DNA of 64,000 bases, taken from contig OY968762.1 of the NCBI GenBank assembly GCA_963695225.1, positions 864,001 through 928,000 on the forward strand. The letters are read 5' to 3'. This document shows positions 58,853 through 64,000 of the stretch, one piece after another. This DNA is from Vulcanimicrobiota bacterium (lineage in GTDB: Bacteria > Vulcanimicrobiota > Vulcanimicrobiia > Vulcanimicrobiales > Vulcanimicrobiaceae). The stretch's first letter is position 1, and each line of letters opens with the position of its first letter. Under the pieces are notes generated by a model. That model was not told the DNA's origin. It ran no database searches and worked only from the letters and a program-made list of their open reading frames with translations. A program made the position numbers and the translations under genes.

Positions 58853-59502
58853 GGGCGCTGATACGGCTGCAGGTACGCCGGAAGGGCGACGCCCGGGAGG
58901 TTTCGCTCGTCGGGGACCGGCTCGGCGGCGCGCAAGGCGAGCGGCACGACGCCGCACCAGACCGGGAGCGCGTAATCGTCCTCGTCGTCGACGGGCGGCC
59001 CGCTGCGGACCTTTGCCGAGGACTCCGCGAGCGGCAGCGAGACGAGCAGCGTCGCGTCGAGTTCGGCCGCCGTCGGCGGGCGCACTTCGGCCCCGCGCCC
59101 GGGGGCGACGTGTTCGACGAAGCGCGCGAACGCGCGCACCTTTTCCTCACGATCGAGGACGGGCGTCGCGCGCCCGAACACGACGACCGAGCGGTAGTTC
59201 ATGGAGTGATGGAACCCCGAACGCGCGAGCACGAGGCCGTCGAGCAGCGTGACCGCCACGCAGCACTCGGCGCCGGCCGCGAGCGCGCCGAGCATGCGGC
59301 TCGCCGCGCCGCCGTGCACGTAGAGCAGGTCGCCGTCGCGCGCGTAGGTCGCGGGGATGACGACCGGGCCCTCGGGAGTCGCGAAACCGACGTGCGCGAC
59401 GAGCCCTTCGTCGAGGATGCGATAGATCGCGGCGAGGTCGTAATCGGCCCGGCCGGGGCGGCGGCGAACCGTCGCGCGCGGCGACGGGGGAGAGTTGCGC
59501 AT
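58849..59502 (-). CDS. pyridoxamine 5'-phosphate oxidase-like FMN-binding protein (NimA-like)
   Basis: RR.PGRADYD...ILDEGLVAHVGF, HGGAASRM, DGLVLARSGFHHSMNYRSVVVFG, SAKVRSGPP. Confidence 0.92.
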   Translation of the reverse strand: MRNSPPSPRATVRRRPGRADYDLAAIYRILDEGLVAHVGFATPEGPVVIPATYARDGDLLYVHGGAASRMLGALAAGAECCVAVTLLDGLVLARSGFHHSMNYRSVVVFGRATPVLDREEKVRAFARFVEHVAPGRGAEVRPPTAAELDATLLVSLPLAESSAKVRSGPPVDDEDDYALPVWCGVVPLALRAAEPVPDERNLPGVALPAYLQPYQRP

Positions 59503-60626
59503 CACGTCAGGATGTCGGCGAGGCGGCCCGCGTCGCGGGCCATGACGACTTCCATCGCGATGCGCTCGCCGACGGAGACGTCGCGGCCCCAGCGGTAGCC
59601 GGTGTACGGCGTGAAGCGCGTCCCGGGCGAACCCGGAATGCGTAGCGAGACGTCGTAGACGACGAACTCTTTCGGAGGACCGGCCGTGATGATGCACTGC
59701 AGCGCGAACGGGCCGATCACGCCGGGAGGGCTCGCCTCCCGCGCGGAGTGCACGAAACGCTCCCCGAGGTCGAATGCCTTCTCCAGCATCGATTCGGTCA
59801 TCGTCGCCGCGATGTGCCCGGCTTCTTCCATGCGTACGGGGATGTCGCCGGCGAACGCGAGCTGGCTCGGCGGGAGCATCCGCAACCCGTCGAGGTTCGT
59901 TTGGCGGCGCGTGTCGGTCCCCATGAGTTCGAGTTCGCCGAGGAGCGGCGAATAGAAGAAATTCAAGTTCAGGCTCGGGCCGAGCGCGAATTCCTCGATT
60001 CGCGCCGCGGCGAGCCCCTCGGGCGTGACCATCCCCGCGGCGAGCAGACGTTCGGCGTGCACCTCGTAATCGCTCGGGGAGGTGCACAGGAAGAACGCCC
60101 GCTCGAACGAGACCTTCGCGTGCGCGGCCTTGACCATCACGAGCCGGTCGATATCGGCAGGTTTCGCGAAGACCCGCGGATGGCGAATCCCGGCGCGTGC
60201 GAGCAGCGCGTACTGGTTATCCTCTTCGTCGCGCTCCTCGGCGCGCAGCAGCCTGCGATTTCCGAAGAAGGGGACGAGCATACGGCGCTCGATTTCGTCG
60301 TAGCTGAACTTCTCGTGCAGGTAGACTTCGAACGAGCGGTTCGGGACGAACAGGACGTTCGCCGCCAGCAGCATCTGCTGCACCGAGGGTTCCAGGATCT
60401 CCGCGAACGAGCCGAGCTCGATCGTGCGCTCGACGCAGCCGCGCGTGGGGTTCTCGCGCCGCGCAAAGTGGCGCGCGTACGTGCGCTCCCGGCCGCGCGC
60501 CGTGACGATGAGGTTGCGCAACCCTTGCAAGCGCGCGCCGTAGGCCACTTCGAGGGCCGAGTGCGATCCGACGGAGCAGAGGGTCAGCGCGTTGCGATCG
60601 TAGCGGGCCAGCGTCCGTTCGGGCAT
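59502..60626 (-). CDS. PurP-like ATP-grasp protein (DUF1246/DUF1297), divergent paralogue
   Basis: VGSHSALEV, FVPNRSF, FGNR.LL.AEER, FERAFF, GTDTRRQTNLDG, IGPFALQ, DVSLRIPGSPGT. Confidence 0.9.
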   Translation of the reverse strand: MPERTLARYDRNALTLCSVGSHSALEVAYGARLQGLRNLIVTARGRERTYARHFARRENPTRGCVERTIELGSFAEILEPSVQQMLLAANVLFVPNRSFEVYLHEKFSYDEIERRMLVPFFGNRRLLRAEERDEEDNQYALLARAGIRHPRVFAKPADIDRLVMVKAAHAKVSFERAFFLCTSPSDYEVHAERLLAAGMVTPEGLAAARIEEFALGPSLNLNFFYSPLLGELELMGTDTRRQTNLDGLRMLPPSQLAFAGDIPVRMEEAGHIAATMTESMLEKAFDLGERFVHSAREASPPGVIGPFALQCIITAGPPKEFVVYDVSLRIPGSPGTRFTPYTGYRWGRDVSVGERIAMEVVMARDAGRLADILT

Positions 60627-60632
60627 CTCTTG

Positions 60633-61703
60633 TCAGATCGCCTCGTAGGAATCGTCGAGGATCGCATCGAGCGAGTTCGAGAGCAGCGCGTTCTTGATCT
60701 CGCGCGCGATCCGCCGCCCGGTCGACATCGGCTCGCTGTAATTCAAGTACGAGTACGGCGAACCGTCGATGAACAGGTTCGTCCCGGCGACGATGCGCGC
60801 GGAGACCTCCATGATGTAGAACTGCGCGTCGGGCGTGATGATCGTCTCGATGCAGAACGCTCCGAAGAGCCCCTTCGGCGGGCAGATCTCTTGGCTGACG
60901 CGCACGAGATCCTCGCCCATCCGGTAGGCCTCGGCCAGCATCGATTCGCGCAACGAGAGCGGCGAGTTCCCGACGACGACGTAGCTCGGATCGACGTTCA
61001 TCCCTTCTTGCGCAGCCGCCGGAATGCGGCCGAGGGAATCGACGTTCGTCTCGTAGCGCCGGTCCATGCTCATGATCTCGAGCTTCTCGGTCAGCGGCGA
61101 GTAGAAATAGTGGATGTAGAGCGGGACCCCGATCACGTACTCTTGCAGGATGTAGTTCTGACGGGCGAGCAGCCCCGCGCGCTCTTCGAAATCGTTCGCG
61201 TCGCGCAGGAACATGTAGCCCTTGCCGCCTTGCGCGCCGTAGAGCTTCACGATGACCGGCCGGTCGATCTCCGCGCCCGTCTTGAATTGGCGCGGGAGCT
61301 TGAGCCCGGCGCGAGAGAGCCACTGGCGTTGCAGTTCGCGGCTCGCTTCCCAATCCAAGATCGCCTTGTTCCCGAAGTACGGGATCGTCATCTTCTTGTG
61401 CTCTTCCAGCGAAAGATAGGCCACGAAAGAGCCGTGCGGGACGATGATCGTCTTCTGCTGATGCAGTTGCGGCACGATCTTCATGAAATCTTCGTAGCGC
61501 TCGATCGCGATCACGCTGTCGACGAACGCGAAGGATCGGTAGAGGCGCTCCGTCTCGCGGTTCGCGATCGCGAGCGTTCGAAAACCCTCGTCGTGCGCGC
61601 CTTTGAGGATCTGCAACGCCGAGTGCGAGCCGAGCGTCGCGATCGTGTAGAACTCGGCACCGCTGCGGCCCTTATCTGATTTCATGAAATCGGGTGCAAG
61701 CAT
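60633..61703 (-). CDS. purP: formate--phosphoribosylaminoimidazolecarboxamide ligase (archaeal-type FAICAR synthetase)
   Basis: IATLGSHSALQILKGA.DEGF.T, VPHGSF, GAQGGKGY, DRRYETNVD, VVGN.P..LRES.L, EVSARIVAGTN, MSTGRRIA; start 61703 or 61685. Confidence 0.92.
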   Translation of the reverse strand: MLAPDFMKSDKGRSGAEFYTIATLGSHSALQILKGAHDEGFRTLAIANRETERLYRSFAFVDSVIAIERYEDFMKIVPQLHQQKTIIVPHGSFVAYLSLEEHKKMTIPYFGNKAILDWEASRELQRQWLSRAGLKLPRQFKTGAEIDRPVIVKLYGAQGGKGYMFLRDANDFEERAGLLARQNYILQEYVIGVPLYIHYFYSPLTEKLEIMSMDRRYETNVDSLGRIPAAAQEGMNVDPSYVVVGNSPLSLRESMLAEAYRMGEDLVRVSQEICPPKGLFGAFCIETIITPDAQFYIMEVSARIVAGTNLFIDGSPYSYLNYSEPMSTGRRIAREIKNALLSNSLDAILDDSYEAI

Positions 61704-62156
61704 CTATCGTATCGCTTTCTGAAATGCGGGATTGCAGAGCAGCCGTTCGACCGCCGTGGCCAGCACGTTCTCCGCAACGTCCCGTCCGTCTTTGCGCAGC
61801 CTCCACGCGGTCCGCCGGTGCAGCGCGCGCACGCCGGCGAGATCCCGCCCCGCGATGCGAAAGGCGCTCGAGGGAGCCGTTTGCGGCGCGTCTTCGCGGT
61901 CCGCGATCCAGACTTCCCCCGCTTCCGGGTGCGCCGCGCGGACGCGCAGGACGTGTTTGTTAGGATTGAAGATCGTCTCGATCTGCCGTACGCTCGCATC
62001 CAGCTCGCCGGCGCGCTCCTCCGCGACCTCGAAGACATAGATGTCGGCACGGCGGACCTCGTCGCACGGCACGCCGAGGCGCTGCAGCGTGACGAGCGCG
62101 GTGAACGCCGTGTTGTCCGGGATCGTCAGTTCGATCGCATACGTCCGTTCCGTCAT
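61704..62156 (-). CDS. purS: PurS-like FGAM synthase subunit, about twice normal length (two PurS-like halves)
   Basis: 150 aa directly after purQ; IELTIPDNTA..L.RLG....VRR...Y.F...IFNPN then a second half ending W.L...ERLLCNP. Confidence 0.7.
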   Translation of the reverse strand: MTERTYAIELTIPDNTAFTALVTLQRLGVPCDEVRRADIYVFEVAEERAGELDASVRQIETIFNPNKHVLRVRAAHPEAGEVWIADREDAPQTAPSSAFRIAGRDLAGVRALHRRTAWRLRKDGRDVAENVLATAVERLLCNPAFQKAIR

Positions 62157-62956
62157 GCTCGAGCGGCCTTTCCTGCGAGCGCGGCCGCCAGGGCATCGAA
62201 GAACGCGCTGCCCCCCGCCGGGGCGAGCGCGGCCGCCGGGTCCCGCCGTATCCGCTCGAAGGCCGCGCCGTCCTGCTGCTGGTAGCCCCATTCGATGCGC
62301 TCGGGGTGCGGCATGAGCGCGAGGACGTTTCCCGCCGCATTGACGAGCCCCGCACAGCCGAGCGCGGAACCGTTCGGCACGGCCTCGTCCGTCACGCGCC
62401 CGGCGGCATCGCAATAGACGAACGCGAGCAAGCCCTCGCGCTCGATCCGCGCGAGGTCCGCGGCGCTCGCCGCGAGCCGTCCCTCGCCGTGCGAGGCCCA
62501 GGCCGGGATCACGGCCCCGGCCCCGAGCGCCGCCGTCAGGGGCGAGCGCGCGGGGTCGATTGCGAGCTTCACGTGGACGAGGACGCTGCGGAAGCGCCCG
62601 CTCCGGTTCGGCGCGAACGCGGCCGTCGGCAGGCGGACGGGCCCCGTCCCGGGGACGAGCCCGCTCTCGAGCAGGATCTGCGCGCCGTTGCAGATGCCGA
62701 TCACGAACTTCCCGGCGGCGGCCGCTTCGATGACGGCATCCGTCATCTCGTCGTGCGCGGCGACCGCGCCGCCGCGGATGCGGTCCTCGTACGCGAAGCC
62801 GCCCGGCAAGATGAAGGCGTCGAAAGCGGCGAGGCCGCGCTTTCCGCGGCTCCAATGCCATAGCTCCCCGTCGAGCCCCGCGGCGCGGACCGCGCGGACC
62901 GTCTCGGCCTCGCTGTTCGTCCCGGGATAGACCAGGACCGCGACCCGCGCGCTCAT
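62153..62956 (-). CDS. purQ: phosphoribosylformylglycinamidine synthase glutaminase subunit
   Basis: VYPGTNSE.E, LPGGFAYED..RGGA, GICNGAQIL.ESGL.PG, SHGEG, PNGS, LMPHPER. Confidence 0.97.
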   Translation of the reverse strand: MSARVAVLVYPGTNSEAETVRAVRAAGLDGELWHWSRGKRGLAAFDAFILPGGFAYEDRIRGGAVAAHDEMTDAVIEAAAAGKFVIGICNGAQILLESGLVPGTGPVRLPTAAFAPNRSGRFRSVLVHVKLAIDPARSPLTAALGAGAVIPAWASHGEGRLAASAADLARIEREGLLAFVYCDAAGRVTDEAVPNGSALGCAGLVNAAGNVLALMPHPERIEWGYQQQDGAAFERIRRDPAAALAPAGGSAFFDALAAALAGKAARA

Positions 62957-64000
62957 CGGCCGGCATCCTCGTAGAAGCCGCGCAACGGCGCGCTCCAGAT
63001 CTCGTGCAGCGCGCGCAGATCGAGGCGGTGCGGCACGCCCGACGGCGCGAACGGGATGAAAAGGGGCTCCGCGAGCGTCTCCCCGACCGTGTGCGCCGTC
63101 ACGCCGAAGGCTTCCATCCCGGCAAGGAACGCGGGCTCGTCGGCGACTTCGCAGACGAAACCGCCGCTTTCCCCGAACAGCGCGACGCTCCAGTGGACGC
63201 CGGGATCCCAGCTTGCGGCATCGTACGTGCGCACGCCGACCGGCTCGCCGCCGAGCGTCGCGAACGCCATCTCCGCCAGCGTGACGGCAAGGCCGCCGTC
63301 GGCGACGTCGTGCACCGCGAGAACGTGCCGCGCCCCGATCGCCGCGAGCACCGCCTCGATCTCGCGCGGGGCGCGCTCGTAATCGATCGCGGGCAACGGG
63401 TCGCCGGCGCCGATCCCGGTGACGGCGGCGAAGACCGAGCCGCCGAGCGTGCGCTGCGCGTGCCCGACGTAGTACAGCTTCGAGCCCGCAGCGCGCAACC
63501 GCGGCGTCACGCTCGCGGCGACGTCGGCGAGCGTGCCGACGCACGCGACGATCGCCGAAGGCGGGACGCTCCGTCCGCTGCTCGATTGGTTGTAGAGGCT
63601 CACGTTGCCCGATACGAACGGGACGGCGAACGCCGTCGCCGCGCGCGCCAGGCCGTCGACCGCGGCGACGAATTCGCCCATCTGTTCGGGGATTTCTGGG
63701 TTCCCGAAATTCAAGCAGTCCGTCATCCCCGCCGGCCTCGCACCGACGGCGGCGACGTTGCGGATCGCTTCGTAGACCGCGTGCTCGGCGGCGAGCCCCG
63801 CGTCGATCTTCGCGAAGCGCGGGTTGCCGTCGACGGAGAGCGCGACGGCGAGCGGCGCGCCTTCGACCGGGACGAGCAGCCCCGCATCGGCGTACCCCGG
63901 CGGCAGCGCGGTCACGCCGCGCACGACGCCGTCGTAGCGTTCGTAGATCGGGGCGCGCGAGCAAACGTCGAGATGCGCCAGGACGCGCTCGAGCGTTTCC
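62953..64000 (-). CDS. purL: phosphoribosylformylglycinamidine synthase small PurL subunit (5' part outside window)
   Basis: ADAG, DGNPR, RNVAAVGA.P..MTDCLNFGNPE, PFVSGNVSLYN, HDVADGGL..TLAEM, LFGES. Confidence 0.97.
   Translation of the reverse strand, partial: ETLERVLAHLDVCSRAPIYERYDGVVRGVTALPPGYADAGLLVPVEGAPLAVALSVDGNPRFAKIDAGLAAEHAVYEAIRNVAAVGARPAGMTDCLNFGNPEIPEQMGEFVAAVDGLARAATAFAVPFVSGNVSLYNQSSSGRSVPPSAIVACVGTLADVAASVTPRLRAAGSKLYYVGHAQRTLGGSVFAAVTGIGAGDPLPAIDYERAPREIEAVLAAIGARHVLAVHDVADGGLAVTLAEMAFATLGGEPVGVRTYDAASWDPGVHWSVALFGESGGFVCEVADEPAFLAGMEAFGVTAHTVGETLAEPLFIPFAPSGVPHRLDLRALHEIWSAPLRGFYEDAGR

Overview
GC-rich bacterial chromosome segment from a diderm organism (it encodes TonB-dependent receptors). 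The acid-tolerance cargo and the receptor architecture are compatible with an acidophile such as Eremiobacterota/WPS-2, but that taxonomy is only an inference. Right half (about 37.8-64 kb) is core genome: tRNA-Phe/Asp/Val/Val, proC, thrS, tsaD, pepA, two c-di-GMP enzymes and a purine cluster (purL-Q-S-P-P, guaA, purD, purF, purM, purN). The purine cluster has three oddities: two archaeal-type PurP paralogues, a single-chain double PurS, and a GNAT-PurN fusion. Left half is accessory DNA built up at the 3' end of tRNA-Phe as two tandem sister integrative elements with decayed integrases. Element (i), 23.1-37.8 kb, is a metal-uptake island. Element (ii), left of 23.1 kb with its far end outside the window, carries acid-stress and energy genes: an H+-ATPase tail, phosphoketolase, ppk2 split by an IS21, two tandem amino-acid decarboxylases with an antiporter, and a Na+/H+ antiporter. 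The most striking observation is in the metal island. Each of the two TonB-receptor operons is preceded by a multi-TM leader protein of about 220-230 aa ending in the ribosome-arrest motif RAPP. Each leader has a putative metal-binding loop (His/Asp-rich in one, Met/Cys-rich in the other). An anti-Shine-Dalgarno sequence at or next to the RAPP codons can pair with the downstream RBS. This points to a candidate metal-sensing, ribosome-stalling translational control system.
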